64,000 nt of DNA from Chiloscyllium plagiosum (taxonomy: Eukaryota), in contig NC_057750.1 in assembly GCF_004010195.1 (NCBI RefSeq), positions 17,862,209 through 17,926,208 of the forward strand, given 5' to 3'. Both the position numbers and the translations under genes were made by a program. Below are positions 26,975-37,808 of this stretch, piece after piece. Position 1 is the first letter of the stretch. Each line of letters starts with the position of its first letter. The notes below the pieces were generated by a model, which was given only the letters and a program-made list of their open reading frames with translations, made no database searches and was not told where the DNA came from.

Positions 26975-27430
26975 TTACATTGTCCAATGTGAGACCTTGT
27001 GATGGTCAAATTAAAGGGATAGATTGAAGAAATTGGGACTGTTCCCTTTGGAGGCAAGAAGGCTGAGAGGAGATTTGATTGAAGCTTTCAAACCATGAGC
27101 AGGCTGGATAGAGTGAAGCTGTGTCCGTTTATAAAAGAAACGAGTGCAAGGGCATAGATTTGTAAAGTGATGTGCAAACAAAGCAGGGTTAATGTGAGAA
27201 AATACATTTTCACACAGAGAGTAGTTAGAGTATGGAAGACACTGTTTGGAAATGTGGTGGAGGCAGGTTCAATCGAGGCATTCAAGAGGGCCACTGGATG
27301 GTTTTCGGACAGTAATAGTGTGCAGGATGGGGGAAAAGGCAGGAGATTGACTCTAAATGATAGAGCTGATGCATGCATGATGGGCCAAATGGCCTCCATC
27401 TGCATCACAATAATACTGCGAATCTGTGAA
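26975..27430 (+). mobile_element. CR1 3' fragment
   Basis: VRKYIFTQRVVRVWKTL...EAFKR. Confidence 0.8.
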
Positions 27431-27610
27431 ATTTAGTTGCAATACCCTCAGTCCCTTCATTCACCTCATTAATATTCTGAACCATGAAATAGTTTACGTT
27501 TGAGTAGTACAGACATTGATATATTATCATTGTCATATCAATATTCACTTTAGTTTTATTTTGTCTGACCAAAACGTACAGTGCAAGTTGAACTGGTGGA
27601 GAGATGATCT

Positions 27611-27910
27611 GGTGGTGTTATCACTGGGACCTTAATCCAGGGACCCAGGTTCAAATCCCACTATGCTCGATGTGAAAAAAGCCTGGTGTTAAAACTCTAA
27701 TGATGACCATGAATCAATTGTTGGAAAAACCCATGTGGTTTACTAATGCCTTTAGGGAAGGAAACTGCCATCTTTATGTGGTCTGGCCTCCATGTGACTC
27801 CAGACTGACAGCAATGTGGTTGACTCTTAACTGCCCTCTGGGCAATTAGGGACAGGGCAATAAATGCTGGGCTGGCCAGTGACACCCTCATCCCATGAAT
27901 TAATTAAAAA
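27611..27910 (+). mobile_element. tRNA-derived SINE with tail shared with the LINE at 30932-33845
   Basis: Head ccaggttcaaatccc (B-box-like). Tail gggcaataaatgctgg...catcccatgaat matches 33808-33845. Confidence 0.75.
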
Positions 27911-28328
27911 AAACTAAAGTTCCAAGAAACAGGTAATCTGGAGTTAAAATCTGCAGAGATTTTCTGAAAAGAAACCAAATGTTGGAAAGTGATTGCCTGA
28001 GTCTTTCCACTGACTGTGAAATAAACTGTTTTATTAAACGATAAATTAGCTGTGCTCAGTTCAGCAGGGACCAGGGGCCAAATGATAGTTGTGTTTGTGA
28101 TTTGTCTTGATGGAGTGGGCACCCTTCTGTTATAAAGCATAGAACATAGGACATTACAGTACAGGCTCTTCGGCCCTCGATGTTGCACCGACCTGCAAAA
28201 TTAATCCGATGCCCATCTAATCTACACTGTTCCATTACTATCGATATGTAAGTCCAATGCCCGTTTACGTGCCCTTCTCTTCATTTAATTAATGACGGGT
28301 CCTCATTTTGGTTTCATTTCATTAACAG

Positions 28329-28412
28329 CTCAGATGTGGAGAGAGAAAGAAAAAAGTGAAGCAAGTTAAAGGGACCAAGGGAGAGAGCGACAAAGGGGAA
28401 TGCAAGCACTAA
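28329..28412 (+). CDS. Candidate alternative last exon of the unassigned gene (LRCGERKKKVKQVKGTKGESDKGECKH*)
   Basis: ttttggtttcatttcattaacAG acceptor. In phase 0 it gives a Lys-rich peptide with the same composition and C-K-x ending as the 55822 exon. Confidence 0.45.
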   Translation, partial: LRCGERKKKVKQVKGTKGESDKGECKH

Positions 28413-29395
28413 CAGCAGCGAAGAACCTGGAGGAAATGTTTAAAAATGATTTTGCTATTTTCTCTTGGCACCTTTATATTTTAGATTAATCTTTGCCCGC
28501 TTGGTTCGAGGTCCTCTACTTCTGTTCACTGTCCTTGACCAGCCTGAGGAGAACTGTTCAGAATGTACACAGAGTCATTCAGGAACTTGCACATCAGTTC
28601 ATTCTAGAATTATGAGCAGATGAGTTAGGGGCTCAGAGTTGGCCATTCAGCCTCTTGTGCATGCTATGCTGTTTGATGAGATCAAGGCTGGTAGTGGCCT
28701 CGCATCCATTTTTCTGCCTGGCCCAGTACCAGTTCTCTCCTTCATTAGGGAGGATCTCTACCTCTGGGCTCGAAACGATAAATGGTACTGCCTCCATCAC
28801 ACTCTGGGCAAGAGAGTTCCACATCGTCTTCATCCACTGAGGGAAAATAATCTCTTCAATCCTCCTTTGAAAGGAAGACCTCTTATCGTTTAAGCAGTGT
28901 CTCCTGTTTATGGCCTTTCTGACCAGATCCTCTCACTCTATTCTGGAGCTTAATTCATTGACCTGCAGCTGCCTGGGCCCTAAACCCAGGAACTCTCTCC
29001 CCAAATCCCTCTAATTTTTTTCTTTAAAATGCTTCCATGACCAGGTTTCCCCAACGTCCTATTGCAGAATTTGTTTGTTTAAGAACACCCCTGTGAAGCG
29101 AAATGACTTTTTTCATTGTAAGCAGAGATACATTTATATTGTATGTTGCCATTGTAAGTCTTGAGACAGAATGCTGTTGTATTAAAGAGATGTCAGATCT
29201 GATTTAGCGTTGGTAAATTCTTCAGTCACACACTGGGTTTAACTAGTAAAATGTATGATCCAACTATGACTATCCCTATTGAAATGCCAATCTCTACCAT
29301 CACCAACGGCACCAAAAGAAATTTCCTCTGATTTAAAATAACGAACATTTTCCTGATGGCACCTGTCTTTTAAATGGAAAATTCTTCTGACAAAA

Positions 29396-30216
29396 TGGTT
29401 TATAATCCCAACTGATGTTACTATTGGACAAATCCAATCCCAGGTTGAAATCTGGCTTGATAGATCATTTTTTTCACTTGGTATGGTGGACTTTCACTGA
29501 AACATAAGAACAATGTATTTGATTTAAACAATAAATGAGGGGTTTATTCCACAAAAAAAAGATAATAAAGCAAGAATCAAGCTGTTTACATATAACACAT
29601 TGGAAAAATTTCAAAACATACGGCACAACACATTCCCATCAATTCCAATGCTGTCACTTTGTAGATCAAATTCCAGAAAGAGTTTCCTTTTCTATCTATG
29701 GTTTTGATTTAGTTGTTTCTTTCAATTCCTGATTTAGACAGCTTGATAGCCTTTTCCTTGATTATTTTCACAATTGAGTTTAAACCTTTTCGGATTCAAA
29801 TACCCACTTAAGGATTCTAACCAAACACTCCAGTCTGGAATTTTCAAACTGAAGGCCTTACATCAGAAATCTTATTTCTTAACCCTTACCTCCTTTCACC
29901 AGGAGAAACTGCTTTTGCATCTCACCCCAGCCTGGTAGCTGTAAGAAACACTTTCCAATCTGTGGGATTTTCTGAAGCAAAAATGACTTCTTGTTTCTTC
30001 TAAACCAAAAGCAACTCATAATTTTAAAGGATTCACATTATCAATCTGTCACTTGATCTCTGACTTACTGGTTTAAAATTATACCTCCAAAACAAAACTG
30101 ATAAGTTAATTATTAAGCCCCTTCATATGCAGACCAAAACCTACATACCACTGGTTCAAAATCCAAACTCTCAAAAATAAATGATATTTATATCTATATA
30201 ATTGAAACACCTTACA
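29396..30216. mobile_element. Possible solo LTR
   Basis: ~820-bp AT-rich block ending ccttaCA with an internal tttatt. No convincing TSD. Confidence 0.3.
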
Positions 30217-31411
30217 TTGCAACAAATTTTATCAAAATGTAGAGAAGAGGAAGAAGCCCAAAGATTAGGGGGGGTGGGGGCGGGGGGGGGGGGGGTGGGG
30301 GGGGACATTTTGGAATATTGTGTTCAGCTTCAGCTGAACAGCTTGGAAGGGTGACCTTAGAGATTATTTGCCTGTCACCATGGTGATACCGAGAGGGTGG
30401 GCTTGAGCTGTGAAGGGAGGTATGGAGTACTGGCCCTGCTCACAAGACTTTTAATGGCTGGCCCAGAAGGAAGCCATTTGATCCTTTGGACTTCTGTCTC
30501 TTTGAAGAAATGTCCGATTGGTCTCTAGCTTGGCATTTCTTCCATTCCTATATTGATCAGATTCTCTTTTGATAGTTACGATTGAATCCTCTTCTGTCAC
30601 CTATTCAAGCAGTGGGCTCCAGATCCTCCATAACCTGCCGTGTTAAAGAAGAATAAATTCTCAGCATGCCTTCAGGATTTACCAAGACATTAACTTCAAA
30701 AAAGGGGAAAGATATAAAAGGGTCATCGAGGGTGGTGCATGTGGGGAATGAGCAGCCAGGGGAGGTGGTGGAGGCTGGTACAATTACAACATTTAAAAGG
30801 CATCTGAACGGGTATATGAATAGAAAAGGTTTACAGGGGCAATGACAGAAATTATTGGAAAAGCTCAGCAGGTCTGACTACATCTGTGAAGAGAAATCAG
30901 AGATAACATTTTGGGTCCCGTGATCCTTCCTCAGCATCTGCTCAGCAATAACTTGCCCAGTGATGCCCAGTTTGGGCTCCCCCAGGGCCACTCAGCTCCT
31001 GACCTCATTCCAGCCTTGTTTCAAACATGGACAAAAGAGCTGAATTCCAGAGGGGAGGTGAGAGTGACAGCCCTTGATATCCAGGTCACATTTGACTGAG
31101 TGTGGCATCAAAATGCTGTAGCAAAACCGGTATTGGGGCAAACACCCCGCAGGCATAAAGAAAGGTGGTTATTGGAGGTCAGTCAGCTCAGCTCCAGGAC
31201 ATCTCTGCAGGAGCTCCTCAGGGGAGTGTCCTAGGCCCAACCATCTTCAGCTGCTTCATCAATGACCTTTCCTCCATCAGAAGGTCAGAATTGGGGATAT
31301 TCACTGATGATTGCACAATGTTCAGCACCATTCGCGACTCCTCAGACACTGAAGCTGTCCATGTTCAAATGCAACAGGATCTGGACAATGTCCAAGCTTG
31401 GGCTGACATTC

Positions 31412-33135
31412 ACTGACATTGCAGAAGAGGAAGTGTTGGAGGTCTTAGAAAACATGAAGGTGGATAAATCTCTAGGATCTGATCAAGTCTATCCCAGGAC
31501 GCTGTGGGAAGCCAGAGAGAAAGTTGTGGGGCCCCGAGCAGAAATAGCTATATCACCAAAGGTGCTGAGGGACTGGAGGGTGACTGATGTTGTATCTTTA
31601 TTTAAGAAAGACTGTAAGGAGACACCTGGGAACTATAGACTTGAGTGTGACTTTGGTGGTGGGTAAGTTGTTAGAAGGGATTCCAAGGGGCAGAATGTAT
31701 ATCCATTTGGAGAGGCAAGGATTAATTAGGGATAGTCAGCATGGCTTTGTGCATGGGAAATCGTGTCTCACTAACTTGACTGAGATTTTTTAGTGAAGTA
31801 ATCAGAAAGATTCATGAAGGCAGAGCAATTGACATTGTTTACTTGGACTTTAGTAAAGCCTTTGTTAAGGTTCGCATGGTAGACTCATTAGTAAGTTAGA
31901 TCACATGGGTTTCAGGGTAAGCTTGCCAATTGGATATAAAATTGGTTTTATGGTAGGTGACAGAGTGGTGATGGAGGGGTTTTTTTTGGATTTGAGGTCT
32001 GTGACCAGTGGTGTTCCACAGGGATCGATAATGGGTCCACTTTTGTTCATCAGTTATATCAATAATTTGGATGAGAACATAGGAGGCATGGTGAATAATT
32101 TTGTGGATAACACCAAAATTGGTGATGTAGTGGACAGCAAAGAAGGTTATCTAAGATTACCAAGGGATCTTGATCAATTGGGTCAATGGGCTGAGGAGTG
32201 GCAGATGGAGTTTAATTTGGATGAATGTGAGGTATTGCATTTTGGCAAAACAAGGACAGGACTTATACATCCTCCATTTTAGGGCTGTGGGTAGTGTTGT
32301 AGGACAGAGACACCTAGGACTCCAGATACATAATTCTTTGAAATTTAGGACATAGGTAGACAGGGTGGTTAAGAAGGAGTTTAGCACTCTTGCCTTCATT
32401 GCTCAGATCTTTGAGAATAGGGGTTGAGACATCATGCTAAGGTTGTACAGGTCATTGGTGAGACCTTTTCTGGAGCACTGTGTGCAGTTCTGGTTGCCCT
32501 GCTATAGGAAGGATATTATTAAACTGGAGAGAGTTCAGGAAAGATTTACCAGGGTGTTTGAAATATAAAAATAGACTGGAATGGACTGGAACATAGCAGG
32601 TTGAGGGGTGACCTTATTTTGGTTTATCAGATCATGAGGGGTATAGATTGGGTGAATGCTGAAAATGTGTTGCTGGAAAAGCGCAGCAGGTCAGGCAGCA
32701 TCCTTCTTCCTGAAGAAGGGCTCATGCCCGAAACATCGATTCTCCTGCTCCTTGGATGCTGCCTGACCTGCTGCGCTTTTCCAGCAACACATTTTCAGCT
32801 CTGATCTCCAGCATCTGCAGTCCTCACTTTCTCCTAGATTGGGTGAATGACAAGGGTCTTTTTCCCTAGGGTGGGGAGTTCAAAACTAGGGGGCATATTT
32901 TTAAGGTTGGGGAGGGGGAAAGATTTAAAAAGGACATAAGGGGCAACATTTTTGTACACAGGAACGAAGTGCCAGAGAAAGTGGTGGATGCAGGTAGTTA
33001 CAACATTTCGAAAATATTTGGATAAGAACGTTATGGGGAAAGATTTCGGGGATTATGGCCACATGCAGGCAGGTGCAACTAGTTTAGCATGGACTGGTTG
33101 GACCAAAGGGTCTGTTTCCATGCTGTATGACTCTA
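31412..33135 (+). mobile_element. CR1 LINE ORF2 (degenerate RT)
   Basis: SQHGFVHGKSCLTNL, SGVPQGSIMGPLLF, WQMEFNLDECEVLHFG, and tgtatgactctaagac tail. Confidence 0.9.
32659..32834 (+). mobile_element. Non-autonomous Penelope-type hairpin element with hammerhead-like core and 15-bp TSD
   Basis: 46-bp perfect inverted repeat, CTGAAGA...GAAAC core, and TSD tagattgggtgaatg at 32644-32658 and 32835-32849. Confidence 0.75.
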
Positions 33136-34423
33136 AGACCAGACACATGACGAGTAACATTTGCACCACACAAATGCAGACGACGACCAATATGGACAAT
33201 TTAACCATCGCTCTGTGACATTTGATGGTATCAATGAATCCCCCACTGTCAACATCCTTGGAGTTACCATTGACCAGAAACTCAACTGGACTTGCCACAT
33301 AAACACAGTGGCCTCAAGAGCAGGTCAGAGGCTATGGATCTTGCAGGATGTGACTCACCCTCCAACTCCCTAAAGCCCATCTGCCATCCACAAGGCACAA
33401 GTCAGGCGAATAATAGAACATTCCACACTTGTCTGGATGAGTGCAGCTCCAACAACACTCAAAGCTTGACAAAGCAGCCCACTGGATTGGCACCACACCC
33501 ATGAACATTCACTTCCTCTACTGCTCAGCAATGTACCCTCTCCAGGATACACTGCACAAATTCACCAAGGGTCCTTAGAGAGCATCTTCCCAACTCATTT
33601 CAAAGGATGAGGGCAGCACTTACATGGAACATCACCATCTGCAAGTTCTTCTCCAAGATTCTCACCATCCTGATTTGGAAATATATCACCATTCTTTCAC
33701 CGTCATTGGGTTAAAATCCTGGAATTCCCTCCCGAACAGCATTGTGGATACACCTACTCTTAAACAGACTGCATTGGTTTCAGAAGGCAGCTCAAAGGCA
33801 GTTAAGATGGGAAATAAATGTTGGCCCAGTTGACATCCCATGGGTGAGTTAACGAAGTTCCTGGAGATGTAATGATTGAGGCAGCGTATATAGAGTCCAT
33901 GGCTAAGCAGGCATGTTACTGTGCTTCCCAAATATCATCCCACTGTGACCCCTATTTCAAGGCTTGAAAATTGTCATGGCCCCTTGGTAAAATCGATGAG
34001 AGAAGGTGGAACTCTGTGATGGCCACTGATGTCCCAGAACTGGCAACCCCAAGATTTCAGCTCACAACCTCACCTGGAAGGTCCTTTACTTTAGGCAGTG
34101 CCACAAGATCCTGGGATTCATCAAAGTTAAAAGTACAAAAGCAGGGAGGTCTTAACAATCTCACTCATAGCAAATGTGGCTTCATTTGGAGTGTTATGTT
34201 CAGTTCTGGGCCCTGGCGCTTTAGGAAGGATGTGAGGCCTTTTAAAGAGGCAGGAAAGATTGATGACAATGGTTCCTGGTGTCACGGGTCTCAGTAACTG
34301 GGATTGGTGGAGAAGCTGAGACTGTGCTTTTTAGAGAAGGAAAAGCTGAGGTGGCAGGAATGTGGGATTGAGATGCTTGAAATCACAAGGGAACAGAATA
34401 GATGGGGAGAAACTGTTTCTATT

Positions 34424-34721
34424 TTTTTCTTTTTTTTACCTCTGACACTCCTGTTGATTGTTTTTGTTATTTTGTTTTCTCTTTTTTTATTTTCTTTTTT
34501 CTTTTTTTTATTTCCCCCCTTTTTACCCTCACACTACCGCCTACCTGCGATAGTGCTTATTTTTTCCCCAGCACCCATGTTGTGTGTGTGTGTGTGCAGG
34601 TGTGAGACACAGTGAAAGACACAAGGTGCACAAATCTTTATTTGGTTTCCACCACCAGGAAGAAAGGAAACACCCGAGTGGCCAGTGACAAGCAGTGCCC
34701 TTCACATCAAAGGGCAATGCT
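34424..34721 (-). mobile_element. 5'-truncated polyA retro-insertion (L1/Tx1-like 3' end) with 16-bp TSD
   Basis: TSD agaaactgtttctatt at 34408-34423 and 34722-34737, with AATAAA and A-rich tails on -. Confidence 0.75.
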
Positions 34722-35044
34722 AGAAACTGTTTCTATTGGCAGAGGCTGGAGAACAAGGGACTCCAGATCACTGATTGAAAAGTGATTGGTTAAAGTGCCA
34801 AAGACACCATGAGAAAAGTATTGCATTGTGTGCAGTTAGGATTGAGATTGAATTGAATATGGTGCAGCTTGATTGCAGCTTTCAAATCATATTTGGATAA
34901 TTACAGAATCGGAGGCAGAACCACAGAATGGTTACAGTGCAGAAGGAGGCCATCCAGCCCATTATGTCGATACTGGCTCTATTACCTAACACCAGTCTCC
35001 TGCCTTTTCCCCATATCCTTGCACACCATTACTATTCAAAGAAA

Positions 35045-35420
35045 AAAGTTAAATATCACACCAGGCTATAGTCCAACAAGTTTATTCAGAAGCACTAGCT
35101 TTCGGAGCGCTGCTCCTTCATCAGGTACTCGTGATGAAGTCCATACGACACAGAATTTATAGCAAACGTGTGCTGTCACTGAGCGGGATTTACAGAATCA
35201 TGCATGGATTTATGCAGATTTTCAGCAAAATAAATGTAATTCAACAAATACAAATTCACCCCTCTGCGCACACACACACACACACACACACACACGGTTT
35301 ATGGGTGAATTTGTATTTGCCTCATTCCTGATGAAGGGCTTTTGCCCAAAACATCGATTTCCCTGCTCCTTGGATGCTGCCCAACCTGCTGTGCTTTTCC
35401 AGCACCACTCTAATCTAGAG
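35045..35420. mobile_element. Penelope-type fragments with hammerhead-like motifs (35090-35130 on -, 35326-35360 on +)
   Basis: - strand reads gagtac-CTGATGA-aggagcagcgctcc-GAAA-gcta-gtgctt. Confidence 0.65.
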
Positions 35421-35852
35421 GCTGAATGGTCTCTCTGCTGCCATTGTTCTCCGTCTCTTCTAAAAAAAGTTGTTTTGGACAATTTTGAAACTATTTAAAG
35501 AAGTATTACCAATTCTGAAGAAGGGTCACTGGACCCAAAACTTTAACTCTGCTTTCTCTCCACAGGTGCTGATGTTTTCTGACAATTTCTGTTTTGGTTT
35601 TGGAATTCTGGATCTGCCGTTCTTCTTTTAAAATCACCTTTTTATTGTTCGCGTATTGCTGGAGGTTTAACGGGAGCTTTTGCACCTGGAGACTTCCTAA
35701 GGCAGCATGAAAACTTGACCTGCAGCCCTGAGAACGGAGGAGCTTTGTGCTGCTCCATTTTACAGAAGTAACCGGGTGAAAGGGAGTGCTTGGCTGTGAG
35801 CATCTTGCAAAGTCTCTCTCTAAAGGAGGATATGAAAGCACGCAGAGCAATA

Positions 35853-36150
35853 GGCTGGCACGGTGACTCAGTGGTTAGCACTCCTCCTCACAGTCCCAGG
35901 GACCCAGGTTCAATTCCAGCCTCGGGTGACTGAGTGGAGTTTGCACATTCTCCCTGTGACTATGTGAGTTTTCTTCCGCAGTCCAAGGATGTGCAGGTTA
36001 GGTGAATTGCCCATAGTGTTCTGGGATGTGTAGGCTAGATGCATTTGTCAGGAGAAATGTAGGGAAATAGGTCTGGGTGGTTTACTCTTTAGAGGGTCAG
36101 TGTGGACGTGTTGGGCCAAATGGCCTGTTTCCATACTGTAGGGATTTGAT
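35853..36150 (+). mobile_element. HE1-like SINE
   Basis: Head, core and tail all recognisable. Confidence 0.8.
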
Positions 36151-37054
36151 TCAATTCTATTCTGTTCTCCAGCTGCTGGAGGACTGAGGGAGTGGAAGAG
36201 AGATGGGAAACTTGAACCATTTGGCACAAGAGACTGTTCCTCCTCTAGACTTCCCCCTCCAGTGCTTCATCCAATACCTAGAGTACCCTCTGCCTTTGTC
36301 CCTGAGCCATTCTGTAACATGCCACTGGAAGTCAGTCAGCACAGAACTTTCAGTGGGCACATGTGTGAGTTGGCCCACATCCACAGCAAGTATGTGCATT
36401 GTCCATAATCTGCAAGTTTTGGGTTTTAGTACTTTCAGGCAAATTAAATTATGGCCATTAGGATGAAAGTTGGGATTTTTAACAGAGCAATAATCTTACT
36501 GAACTAGTTGCAATAGCCTCAGTGCTCAGGAGAAGGAACTCAATCTCACTGCAGCAACTGGGCGACATTTGACCTCGATTAAGTGAAACATCTGGAATAA
36601 AATGCTAATCCCATCAATAATAATTGTGAGACGACTGCATTGTCATAAAAATGCAAGGAAGAAACATCATCCTCACTTTGGTGTATGTGACCCACATAAT
36701 GTAGTTAACTCTTAACTGCCCTCTGAAATGGATGAAGGAGCCAATCACGTCAAGGGAAATCTAGGGATGGGTAAAAATGGCTGATGCTAATATATCACAA
36801 AAACAAAAATGGTGTAGGAATTTGGATTTTCAAATTGGACCTGGTCTTGTAACCACGATAAGCACATCATGTCTAACATATTTGCCTTCCCTCTAATGTC
36901 CTTATTAGGACACAACAGCCATTGAACCCCTTGTTGTCATCCTTTCAGCAAAGGTTATGATTCCAAGTCAGTAGTGGAGTTCGTGTAGGTAGCTAGGCAC
37001 AGATTCAATGGGCTAAAGCACCTTTCCAGAGCTGGATAACTGTGTGAACCAATG

Positions 37055-37808
37055 TTAATTTGGATCAATGTGAGGCGCTGCATTTTGGAAAGGCAAATCC
37101 GAGCAGGACTTTTGCACTAAATGGTAAGGTCCTAGGGAGTGTTGCTGAACAAAGAGACCTTGGAGTGCAGGTTCATATCTCCTTGAAAGTGGAGTCACAG
37201 GTAGATAGGATAGTGAAGAAGGCGTTTGGTATGCTTTCCTTTATTGGTCAGAGTATTGAGTACAAGAGTTGGGAGGTCATGTTGCGGCTGTACAGGACAT
37301 TGGTTAGACCACTTTTGGAATATTGTGTGCAATTTTGGTTTGATATTGTGAAACTTGAAAGGATGTGAAACTTGAAAGAGTTCAGAAAAGATTTACAAGA
37401 ATGTTGCCACAGTTCAAGGATTTAAGCTATAGGGAGAGGCTGAATAGGCTGGGGCTGTTTTCCCTGGAGTGTCGGAGGCTTATGGAAGTTTATAAAATCA
37501 TAAGGGGCATGGATAGGATAAATAGACAAAGTCTTTTCCCTGGGGTGGGGTAGTCCAGAACTAGAGGGCATAGGTTTAGGGTGAGAGGGGAAAGATATGA
37601 AAGAGACCTAACGGGCAACTTTTTCACTTGCCAGAGGAAGTGGTGGAGGCTGCTACAGTTGCAACATTTAAAAGGCATCAGGATGGGTTTGGAGGGATAT
37701 GGGCCAATGCTGGCAAATGTGACTAGAATAGATTGGGATATCTGGTCGGCGTGGATGAGTTAAACTGAAGGGTCTGTTTCCGTACTGTACATCTCTATGA
37801 CTCTATGA
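37055..37808 (+). mobile_element. CR1 (HER1-like) LINE 3' part
   Basis: EQRDLGVQVH...YRTLVRPLLEYCVQFW and tail tctatgactctatga. Confidence 0.9.

Larger units (their letters stand above)
30932..33845 (+). mobile_element. CR1/L2-group LINE RT fragment, split by a younger CR1
   Basis: PQGSVLGPTIFSCFINDL...FTDDCT (31165-31416). Resumes at ~33136 (ILGVTIDQKLNWT) and ends with the SINE-shared tail. Confidence 0.8.
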
